Positions 8,268-16,219 of a DNA stretch of 64,000 bases are shown one piece after another. The notes under the pieces were generated by a model. The model did not search any database. It was not told the origin of the DNA and was given only the letters and a program-made list of their open reading frames with translations. Every line of letters begins with the position of its first letter. The stretch's first letter is position 1. Location: positions 28,872 to 92,871 of the forward strand of contig JAGNJW010000011.1 in NCBI GenBank assembly GCA_018000455.1, written 5' to 3'. Made by a program: the position numbers and the translations under genes. The stretch comes from Acidobacteriota bacterium (lineage in GTDB: Bacteria > Acidobacteriota > Vicinamibacteria > Vicinamibacterales > UBA2999).

Positions 8268-9866
8268 ATGCGCCACACCGGCTTCCCCCGCCTCGCAGTG
8301 CTGACCCTCGTACTCGCTGCCGGAGGCGCTCGGTCGGTGCCGGTTGGCGCCCAGGCCGCGCGCTTCGACGTGCTCGTCGTCGGCGGCACCGTCGTGGATG
8401 GCACGGGCGCGGCCAGGCACCGTGCCGATGTGGGAGTGCGCGCGGGCCGGGTGGTCGAGGTGGGCGTGCTCGACGGCGCCACCGCCACCCAGGTTGTCGA
8501 CGCCACCGGGCTCATCGTGGCGCCGGGCTTCATCGACGTGCACACCCACGCCGACGAGCTGGCCGACCATCCGCTGGCCGAGCACTTCGCGCGCATGGGC
8601 GTCACGACCGTCATCGCCGGCAACTGCGGCAGCTCGCCGGTGGACCTCGGCGCGGCCTTCACCCGCATCAAGACGACCGGCGCGGCTGTGAACTTCGCCT
8701 CGTTCGTCGGCCACAACTCGGTGCGCGAGGCCGTGATGGGCACTGCCCGCCGGGCGCCGACGGCGGCCGAACTCGCGAAGATGAAAGCGCTCGTGGCCGC
8801 GGCCATGGCTGACGGCGCCGTCGGCTTCTCGACCGGCCTGCAGTACGTGCCCGGCACCTACGCCGCCACCGACGAGATCGTGGCCCTGGCCAAGGTGGCC
8901 GCGAGATCCGGTGGTGTCTACGCCTCGCACATGCGCAACGAGGGCACCGAGCTCGAGGCCGCCGTGGCCGAGACGCTCGCCATCGGCGAACAGGCGCACA
9001 TAGCCGTGCAGGTCTCGCACCTCAAGGTGGATGCCCCGAGCCGCTGGGGCGCGAGCGCGAAGGCGCTGGCGATGATCGACCAGGCGCGGGCCAGGGGGAT
9101 GCGCGTGATGGCCGACCAGTACCTCTACGACGCGGCCAGCTCGAACCTCGGCATCCGGTTTCCGTCGTGGGCGCTTGAGGGCGGCCAGCCCGAGATCAAC
9201 AAGCGCCTCGACGATGCCGCCACGTGGGCGCGGATCAAGGAAGAGATGCGCAAGCTGATTCGCGAGCGCGGCATCGAGAACTACTCCTTCGCCAGAATCG
9301 CCAACTATCCCGCCGATACTTCGCTGAACGGTCTGACGATTCCAGACGTGGCGCAGAAGCTCAAGGGCTCAAAGGATCTGGACGCGCAACTCGAGACGAT
9401 GCGCACGATGCTGGGCGCCGGCGGCGCCTCGATGGTCTACCAGTTCATGGCTGAAGACGACATCACGCGCATTCTCAAGCACCCGATGGTGTCGATTGCC
9501 AGCGACAGCGGGCTCAACACGCTGGGCAGCGGCGTGCCCCACCCGCGCGGTTACGGCAACGCCGTGCGGGCGCTCGGACGCTACGTGCGCGAGATGCAGG
9601 TCATCACGCTCGAAGAAGCGGTGCGCAAGATGACGTCGCTGCCGGCCTCGCAGTTCGGCTTCGCCGACCGCGGCACGATCGCGCCGGGCAAGGCCGCCGA
9701 CCTCGTCATCTTCGACGCCGCCACGGTGACCGACCGTGCCACCTACGACAAGCCGCACCAGTACCCTGACGGCGTCGCCTACGTGCTGGTGAACGGCGTG
9801 GCGGTGGTGGCGAAAGGCGCCCAGGCCGAGGCGCGGCCGGGGCAGATCGTAACGTCGTCGCGCTGA
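8268..9866 (+). CDS. N-acyl-D-amino-acid deacylase (D-aminoacylase) family amidohydrolase, secreted
   Basis: FDVLVVGGTVVDGTG..APGFIDVHTHAD..VTTVIAGNCG is typical of the D-aminoacylase family. Start chosen at the second Met of track ORF 8238..9866. Confidence 0.8.
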   Translation: MRHTGFPRLAVLTLVLAAGGARSVPVGAQAARFDVLVVGGTVVDGTGAARHRADVGVRAGRVVEVGVLDGATATQVVDATGLIVAPGFIDVHTHADELADHPLAEHFARMGVTTVIAGNCGSSPVDLGAAFTRIKTTGAAVNFASFVGHNSVREAVMGTARRAPTAAELAKMKALVAAAMADGAVGFSTGLQYVPGTYAATDEIVALAKVAARSGGVYASHMRNEGTELEAAVAETLAIGEQAHIAVQVSHLKVDAPSRWGASAKALAMIDQARARGMRVMADQYLYDAASSNLGIRFPSWALEGGQPEINKRLDDAATWARIKEEMRKLIRERGIENYSFARIANYPADTSLNGLTIPDVAQKLKGSKDLDAQLETMRTMLGAGGASMVYQFMAEDDITRILKHPMVSIASDSGLNTLGSGVPHPRGYGNAVRALGRYVREMQVITLEEAVRKMTSLPASQFGFADRGTIAPGKAADLVIFDAATVTDRATYDKPHQYPDGVAYVLVNGVAVVAKGAQAEARPGQIVTSSR

Positions 9867-9934
9867 CCACTGCCAGGCGGCGCCGATCGTGGCGACGACG
9901 CACCAGCAGCGGCACCGGCGGCGAATGGCCTGGA

Positions 9935-10279
9935 TTACGAACCGGCGCGGGCTCTGAGCGTCGCCTCGAGCGCCGGAAGTACGGCCAGGTCCTTTGGACG
10001 GTTCAGCGACCGCGAGCGGCGAAGTCGTCCACGTTGGAGTCCGGCGGCGAGCCGTTCTGACGGGCTGAGTTCCAGACAGCGCAGAGCGTGAAACACGTCG
10101 CCAGGGTCGCACTCAGGGTGACGGTTAGCGATGGCGTGGGCGCGCTGCCAGCGGCGCTCAGGCTGCTGCGCCCACGCGCGCTCGGTGGGAGTCAGGTCGT
10201 TCAGCGCCACCTCGGGTCGCAAAGCGTCGGACGGCACGAGGCGGATCTTACCGCGTTGATACGGCCTGGTGCCAAACAC
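9935..10279 (-). CDS. Hypothetical protein (about 114 aa)
   Basis: Tail of track ORF 9935..10390. A GTG at 10279 lies 2 nt after the gluQ stop. GC3 is moderately high. No motif recognised. Confidence 0.3.
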   Translation of the reverse strand: MFGTRPYQRGKIRLVPSDALRPEVALNDLTPTERAWAQQPERRWQRAHAIANRHPECDPGDVFHALRCLELSPSERLAAGLQRGRLRRSRSLNRPKDLAVLPALEATLRARAGS

Positions 10280-10281
10280 GG

Positions 10282-11229
10282 CTAGCGGCGGCCGAAGACC
10301 GCGGCCAGATCTTCTACGGTGAGCTGGCGGGCCGCGTCGACGATTCCTGCCAGGTGCGCGGCATGACCGAGAACGCGGGCTGGCGTCCAACCGGCGGCGC
10401 GCAGGTCGCCCACGCCGGTGTCGCCGTCGGACTTGCTCAGCTTCTGCGTGGGCGACTTCATCACCAGCGGATGGTGCAGAAACACCGGCGGGCTGTTGCG
10501 GCCGAGCAACCGCCCCAGCAGGATCTGACGGCCGGTGGACGCGAAGAGATCGTCGCCCCGCACGACGAGGTCGACTCCATGCTGCAGGTCGTCAACGGCA
10601 ACTGCCAGCTGGTAGGTCCAGTTGCCCAGCCGATCGCGCAGCAGCACGTCGCCACACTGCGCCGCCGGCGTCTGGGTCGAACTGCCATGCACGGCGTCGT
10701 CGAAGGTCACCTGCTCGTCGGGCAAGACGAGCCGCCAACCCACGTCGTCCGTGAGCGGGAGACCGCGATGGCGACAGGTGCCCGGATACCGCAGCTCCCC
10801 TGATCCGGAGGAGGCCGCTTCGATCTCGCGCCTCGTGCACTCGCAGCCGTAGACCAACCCTTGCGCGGCGAGTGTCTCGATGGCCCGGCGGTAGTGGGTA
10901 TCGCGGTCCGACTGACGACCGTCGCAACGGCCGGCCCGAAACGTGGCGGTCGGGTAGACATCGGGCTCGAACCCCAGCCAGTCGAGGTCGTCGAGCAGCG
11001 CCGCTTCGTATTCCTGCCGGCATCGCTGCCGATCGTGGTCCTCCACGCGCAGCAGCACTCGGCCGCCGAGCGCGCGCGCCGTACCCCACACGTAGATCGC
11101 GTTCACGACGTGGCCCAGGTGCAGGTAGCCGGTCGGCGCTGGGGCAAAGCGCGTGAGCGGCGGCGGGGGTAGGCGTGAGGCCAGTCGGACGAGGTCTGGG
11201 ATCATGTCGGCGGCGGCAGTTCCGTGCAC
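10282..11229 (-). CDS. gluQ: Glutamyl-Q tRNA(Asp) synthetase (GluQRS)
   Basis: Class I motifs TGYLHLGH and KLSKSD. It has the truncated GluRS-like length (about 300 aa) with no anticodon-binding domain. An alternative start is ATG 11205 (MIPDLV..). Confidence 0.85.
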   Translation of the reverse strand: MHGTAAADMIPDLVRLASRLPPPPLTRFAPAPTGYLHLGHVVNAIYVWGTARALGGRVLLRVEDHDRQRCRQEYEAALLDDLDWLGFEPDVYPTATFRAGRCDGRQSDRDTHYRRAIETLAAQGLVYGCECTRREIEAASSGSGELRYPGTCRHRGLPLTDDVGWRLVLPDEQVTFDDAVHGSSTQTPAAQCGDVLLRDRLGNWTYQLAVAVDDLQHGVDLVVRGDDLFASTGRQILLGRLLGRNSPPVFLHHPLVMKSPTQKLSKSDGDTGVGDLRAAGWTPARVLGHAAHLAGIVDAARQLTVEDLAAVFGRR

Positions 11230-11406
11230 CAGATGCTACTCCGCCGCGCGCGGTGTCTAATTCCGATCACGAGTGGAGTCGCGTTGACGCAGGAACGACC
11301 CCTTCCTCCGGCTTCGCCAACTGACGCTGTACGATCATCTCCGCCGGACGAAGGGGTCGTCCCTGCGCCAACTCGCTCGTCAGTAAGAACCGCGACGTCA
11401 ATCACG

Positions 11407-12159
11407 ATGCGCGCGCTGACCTTGGTCGTCGCCTTCCTGCTCGTGCCCCGCGTGATCTCGGCACAGGATGCATTCGAGCAGCGGCGCGAGGCCGACCTCG
11501 CGAGCATGACCGGCGTCGACCCGATCCTCCTGACGCTCGCCGCGGGCAAGACTACCTACCGGATGGGCGAGCGCATCCCGATCAGTGTCGAGTTCCAGCC
11601 CTTCGGCATGGTTGGGCTGCTCGACACCTCGTGCGGACCGGGGATCGGTCTGGACGTCGTACTCGACAGGTCGGCCGGCACCTTCGCCCCTGGACGCGAA
11701 CGCGATCTGAGCGGCTGGGAGACCGCCCCTCCCCTGAAGCCCACGCCGGTGCGTGAGACCGTGGACCTCAACCATGCGGTACGCTTCGATGCCCCTGGCA
11801 GGTACCGCTTCTACGTCCGCACGCGCCTCACCGTGCCGCAGTCAAACGGCACGCCCCCACGCTTGTCGAACATCGTGACGGTCGACATCGTGGACCGCGA
11901 TCCCACCTGGGAGGCGTCGCTCATCGCGCGCGCTGCCGTCCAACTTGACGCCTCGGAGTCGTCGGTCGCTCGTAGCGAGGCGTTGGCCGATCTGTCATTT
12001 CTCGGCACCGACGCCGCGGTCGACCTCCTGGCGCCGCGTCCCGACACATCCGTGCTCGCCGTGGCATGGAGCGCACGCAATCGAAGCCACGCCATCGAGC
12101 GGATGCGGGAGCGCTTGGCAAACCCGTCCCTGCCGGTTGACCGCGTCTACGTCGCGTGA
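11407..12159 (+). CDS. Hypothetical secreted protein
   Basis: The internal ATG at 11407 gives the signal peptide MRALTLVVAFLLVPRVISAQD. The upstream part of track ORF 11224..12159 is Pro/Arg-rich and overlaps gluQ. Confidence 0.55.
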   Translation: MRALTLVVAFLLVPRVISAQDAFEQRREADLASMTGVDPILLTLAAGKTTYRMGERIPISVEFQPFGMVGLLDTSCGPGIGLDVVLDRSAGTFAPGRERDLSGWETAPPLKPTPVRETVDLNHAVRFDAPGRYRFYVRTRLTVPQSNGTPPRLSNIVTVDIVDRDPTWEASLIARAAVQLDASESSVARSEALADLSFLGTDAAVDLLAPRPDTSVLAVAWSARNRSHAIERMRERLANPSLPVDRVYVA

Positions 12160-12357
12160 CCTGGCTGCCCACGGACTGCATCTCGTCCGACAGCAGTCTC
12201 GGGGGCAGCCCGGAGGGCTGGTCAGGCGCGATATCGCTGACGCCTGCGCAGCGCCGCTCGGTCCCGGCCGGCGGCCGTCCGATGGAGCCATCGGGCCACC
12301 CGCGCCGACACCCCGCCCCGTCATGGGCCGGGCGACGTATCCTCCTCATGACGGCTC

Positions 12358-14313
12358 ATGACATCCGCCATCGACATCGCGTTTCTGCTCGTCTACGTGC
12401 TGGGGGCCTTTGCCTACGGCTCCGCGCTCACGCTAGCCCTGCGGCAGTCGCGATCCGTCTGGTCGGTAGCCAGGAACTGCGGGCCGGCGGCGGCGCAACT
12501 CGATCCGGCGAGCGTGACGCTGTTCGGGTGGTCGGCGCTGTGGTTCGTGGTGCTGGCCGCCGGTCAGTTCATCGACATGGTGGCCGGCTCCTCCAGTCTG
12601 GGCTGGCACGACGTCATGGTGTTCGTGCTGGTCTACGGCTTTCCGCCGCTCATCATGCACACCATGTACAAGGAGGCGCACGTCGCCGAGTGGACGGGCG
12701 CCGCGCGAGCGTGGGGCGGGCGCGTGCTCGCTGCCGCCTACGTGGGGGCCGCGGCGTTTCTCGGGCTGACGATGGCGATCGTGGCCGGCCTGGTCACGGT
12801 GGCACGCCCAGATGCGTTCATCGGCCTGAGCATCGGCGGCATGTTCGCCGTGGCCGGCATCTACTCCTCCGTGGTGATGAACCGCAACCCGCGGCGGCCC
12901 GACGGACGCGAAGGGGCGAACCTCCGCCGCGTGCTGAACGGCTTGTTCATCGGGCTCGCGACGTTGAACCTGCTGCCGGCGTTCACCGGCGACGGCGGCC
13001 TGTCGTTCCAGTCCATCGGCCGGATCATGAGCGTGGCGCCGCTGCTCTTCCTCTCGGCCACCACTTACTACGAGAACCGCTTCGAGTTCTACGACCTGCT
13101 CGTCAAGCGCGGCGCCATGCTGCTGGCGACGCTGCTGACGCTGGCCGCCTACTTCGCCGTCGCGCTGCCGCTGCTCGACGGCCTGCCGCAGGGACCGACG
13201 CGGCCGTGGCTGTTCGCGCTCGCCGCCGTGCCGATGATGATGGCGGCGCCGCGTCTGGCGCGCCTGCTCGGCCAGGCGCTCGATCGCGCCTGGTTCGGTC
13301 GGCACTACACGCCTGTCAGCGCCGTCACGACCGTGCTGTCCACGCTGCAGTCGGCGACCGACGAGCCCAGCCTCATCACTGCCGCCGAGAGCAGTCTCAA
13401 GGAGGTACTCGGCGTCACGGTGCAGTTGAGCACGGTCGACGAGGCGCCCGCCGATGCCAGGAACGCCTTCAAGATCGACGGCAGCACCGCCGATCCCAGC
13501 CTGTGGGTAATCGTGCCGCCGGTGACCGGCGAGCGCACGCTGCTCAGCGAAGACCTGACGCTCTTGCGCTCGCTCGGCACCGTCATCACGTATCTGGTCG
13601 AGAACGTGCGGCTGCAGCAGCGGCGGCAGGAGCAAGATCTGCTCGAGCAGGTGCTGCGCGTGCAGTCGAGCCAGTCGGAGCTGAAGGCGCTGCGGGCGCA
13701 GATCAATCCCCACTTCCTGTTCAACGCCCTCAATACCGTCGCCTCGCTCATCCACAGCGATCCGGGCCGGGCCGATCGCGCCGTCGAGCAACTCTCCGAG
13801 GTCTTCCGTCACACGCTGCGCCGCTCCGACAGCGAGTGGACGGCACTCGACCAGGAGCTGGCCTTCGCCGCGGCCTATCTCGACGTCGAGGAGGCGCGCT
13901 TCGGCACCCGCCTGCGCTACACGATCGACGCCGACACCGAGTCTCGCCGGGCGCTGGTACCGTCGATGCTCGTGCACACGCTGGTCGAGAACGCCGTCAA
14001 GCACGGCATCGCCCAGGTGCGCGGGGGTGGCACGCTCACCGTCGGAGCCGCGGTGGTCGGCGACCGGCTCACGATCGACGTGAGCGACAACGGTCCCGGT
14101 CTCGCCGAGACGCCTGAGCGAGCGGCGTTCGCCCGGCGGGCCGGCGAACAGTTCGGCCTGCGCAGCGTGCGCGAGCGGTTGAGCGGCCATTTCGCCAAAG
14201 CCGCGGCATTCACGCTGGCCCGGGACGACGCGCGCGGACTCACCATCGCCAGAATCGAGATGCCGTTCGTATCGGCGGACGACCGGCCCTCGCGCACCGG
14301 GGCCACGGCATGA
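12358..14313 (+). CDS. LytS/YehU-family membrane sensor histidine kinase
   Basis: Polytopic N-terminal half, then QINPHFLFNALNTVASLI (the His-kinase box of the LytS family), LVENAVKHGI and DNGPGL. Confidence 0.85.
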   Translation: MTSAIDIAFLLVYVLGAFAYGSALTLALRQSRSVWSVARNCGPAAAQLDPASVTLFGWSALWFVVLAAGQFIDMVAGSSSLGWHDVMVFVLVYGFPPLIMHTMYKEAHVAEWTGAARAWGGRVLAAAYVGAAAFLGLTMAIVAGLVTVARPDAFIGLSIGGMFAVAGIYSSVVMNRNPRRPDGREGANLRRVLNGLFIGLATLNLLPAFTGDGGLSFQSIGRIMSVAPLLFLSATTYYENRFEFYDLLVKRGAMLLATLLTLAAYFAVALPLLDGLPQGPTRPWLFALAAVPMMMAAPRLARLLGQALDRAWFGRHYTPVSAVTTVLSTLQSATDEPSLITAAESSLKEVLGVTVQLSTVDEAPADARNAFKIDGSTADPSLWVIVPPVTGERTLLSEDLTLLRSLGTVITYLVENVRLQQRRQEQDLLEQVLRVQSSQSELKALRAQINPHFLFNALNTVASLIHSDPGRADRAVEQLSEVFRHTLRRSDSEWTALDQELAFAAAYLDVEEARFGTRLRYTIDADTESRRALVPSMLVHTLVENAVKHGIAQVRGGGTLTVGAAVVGDRLTIDVSDNGPGLAETPERAAFARRAGEQFGLRSVRERLSGHFAKAAAFTLARDDARGLTIARIEMPFVSADDRPSRTGATA

Positions 14314-15404
14314 TCCGGGCGGTGGTGGTGGATGACGAGGCGCCGGCACGCGCCCGCCTGAAGGCGCTGCTCGCCGAAGCCGGCGGTGTCACCGTCGTGG
14401 GCGAGGCCGAGAACGCCGATGAGGCACGGCTGACCATCGCGCGTCTGTCGCCCGACGTCGTCTTCCTCGACATCGAGATGCCGGCCGAGCGCGGTACCGA
14501 ACTCGCCGCGTCGCTACCCGAGCCGCGGCCGTTCATCGTGTTCGCCACGGCCTACGAGCGCTTTGCGATGGATGCCTTCCAGTACGACGCGGCCGACTAC
14601 CTGCTGAAGCCGGTCAACCGCCAGCGCCTGCAGCAGACGCTCGACCGGCTGCGCGTGAAGCACGGGGTGCGCAGGGACGCCGAACGGGAGTGGACGGCCG
14701 CGGCGCGCGCGCAGGCCTACTTGCTGCCACAGTCGCTGCCGGCGGTGGCCGGCTACACCCTGGCCGCCCGCACGCTGCCGGCCAGGGCCGTCGGCGGCGA
14801 TTTCTACGACGCCACGCTGGTCGAGGGGCAGCTGGCGTTCGCCTTGGGGGATGTGGCCGGCAAGGGCATGGCGGCCGGGCTCATCGCCTCGAGCGTGCAG
14901 GCGCGCTGGCAGGCGGCGATGCGCCAGCGCGATCTGACCGCCACCGAGATGATGTCGGCCCTCAACCGCGACGTGCTCGCCTCGACCGAGGGCTCGCGCT
15001 ACGCGACACTCGTCCACGCCCTCGTCGATCCCGGCAGCGGCACCATGCGCTACGTGAACGCCGGCCATCCCGCGCCGCTCGTCATCGGCGCCACCGGCAC
15101 GCTGGTCGCGGCGCTCGACGTCACCGCGCCGGCCGTCGGCTTGCTCGACGCTCCGGAGTTTCCCGCCGCCTCGCACGTGCTCCAGCCCGGCGATACGCTC
15201 GTCGTCGTGAGTGACGGCGTCACCGAGGCCCGCGACGCCGGCAGTATCGACTGGGATCTCGCGCGCATTCCGGCGCTCTCGGCACGACATGCCGGCGATG
15301 CGGACGCTCTGGCAGCGGCAATCGTGGCCGCCGTGCGCGACCATCGCGGTCCCGACCAGACACAGGACGATGTGACGGTGTTCGTCCTCGGGAGATTGGC
15401 ATGA
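14310..15404 (+). CDS. Response regulator: REC domain fused to a PP2C/SpoIIE-type phosphatase
   Basis: REC: VVVDDEAPAR..VVFLDIEMP..DYLLKPV. PP2C: VGGDFYD, GDVAGKGMAAG, VNAGHPAPL, VVVSDGVTEA. ATGA overlap with the kinase stop. Confidence 0.8.
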   Translation: MIRAVVVDDEAPARARLKALLAEAGGVTVVGEAENADEARLTIARLSPDVVFLDIEMPAERGTELAASLPEPRPFIVFATAYERFAMDAFQYDAADYLLKPVNRQRLQQTLDRLRVKHGVRRDAEREWTAAARAQAYLLPQSLPAVAGYTLAARTLPARAVGGDFYDATLVEGQLAFALGDVAGKGMAAGLIASSVQARWQAAMRQRDLTATEMMSALNRDVLASTEGSRYATLVHALVDPGSGTMRYVNAGHPAPLVIGATGTLVAALDVTAPAVGLLDAPEFPAASHVLQPGDTLVVVSDGVTEARDAGSIDWDLARIPALSARHAGDADALAAAIVAAVRDHRGPDQTQDDVTVFVLGRLA

Positions 15405-16165
15405 GCCTCACGGCGCTGCTCGTGGACGACGAAGCCCCGGCACGGGCGCGGCTCAGGCAGCTGCTCGGCGAGCGCGCCGACGTGACCATCGTCGGCGAGG
15501 CCGAGGACGGCGTGCAGGCGATCGAACGCATTCAGGCGCTGGCGCCAGACGTCGTCTTCCTCGACATCCAGATGCCCGGCTGCGGCGGGCTCGAGGTGGT
15601 GGCCTCGCTCGGCCAGCCGCGCCCCGCCGTCGTCTTCTGCACCGCGTTCGACCAGCACGCCGTCGACGCCTTCGAGCTGCAGGCAGTGGACTACCTGCTG
15701 AAGCCGGTGACGCGGGCCCGGCTCGACGCCGCGCTGGCCCGCATCGTCCAGCCAACGACGTCGACCGAAGCGGCCACGTCGTCGGCCCCTGAGTCTGGCG
15801 GGGACGAGACGGTCGACACGCCACTTCCGGGCGGGCCGCCCACGCGCTTCCTGGCCCGCCGCGGCGCGCGCTATCTGGTGGTTCCCCTGGCTGACGTGGT
15901 GGCCTTCAGCTTCGACGACGGCCAGACCCGGCTGCACACGGCCGCCGAGCAGTTGCTCATGCAGCCGACGCTGGCGCAGCTGCAGCGGCGGCTCGACCCG
16001 GCGCGTTTCTTCCAGATCTCCCGTTCGGTCGTCGTGCACCTCGAGGCCGTGCGCGAGGCCAAGCCGCACACCGACGGCACCGGACAGCTCGTGCTGTCGA
16101 ATGGCACGACGGTGGAGGTCTCGCGGCGACGGTGGCGGCCGCTGCTTGACCAGCTCGAAGGCTGA
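15401..16165 (+). CDS. LytR/AlgR-family response regulator (REC + LytTR DNA-binding domain)
   Basis: REC: LLVDDEAPAR..VVFLDIQMP..DYLLKPV. LytTR C-terminus: FLARRGARYLVVPLADVVAFSFDDGQTRLHT..FFQISRSVVVHLEAV. ATGA overlap with the upstream gene. Confidence 0.85.
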   Translation: MSLTALLVDDEAPARARLRQLLGERADVTIVGEAEDGVQAIERIQALAPDVVFLDIQMPGCGGLEVVASLGQPRPAVVFCTAFDQHAVDAFELQAVDYLLKPVTRARLDAALARIVQPTTSTEAATSSAPESGGDETVDTPLPGGPPTRFLARRGARYLVVPLADVVAFSFDDGQTRLHTAAEQLLMQPTLAQLQRRLDPARFFQISRSVVVHLEAVREAKPHTDGTGQLVLSNGTTVEVSRRRWRPLLDQLEG

Positions 16166-16204
16166 GGCCGTGACGCGAACGTAGCGAGCCAGGGCGAAAC
16201 CGCG

Positions 16205-16213
16205 TGCTAGCAT
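16205..16213 (+). promoter_or_regulatory. Extended -10 (TGcTAGCAT), 6 nt before ATG 16220 (leaderless-type)
   Basis: gTGcTAGCATcgcccaATG. The ATG opens the signal peptide MRAIVAFVLALAVLLPALATPAQA. Confidence 0.35.
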
Positions 16214-16219
16214 CGCCCA

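Noticed and set aside
11222-11240. A TAGCAT hexamer upstream of gluQ, considered as another leaderless promoter.
   Set aside because: It lies only 3 nt from GTG 11229 and 27 nt from ATG 11205. Neither distance fits the 6-7 nt geometry seen elsewhere, so I left it unassigned.
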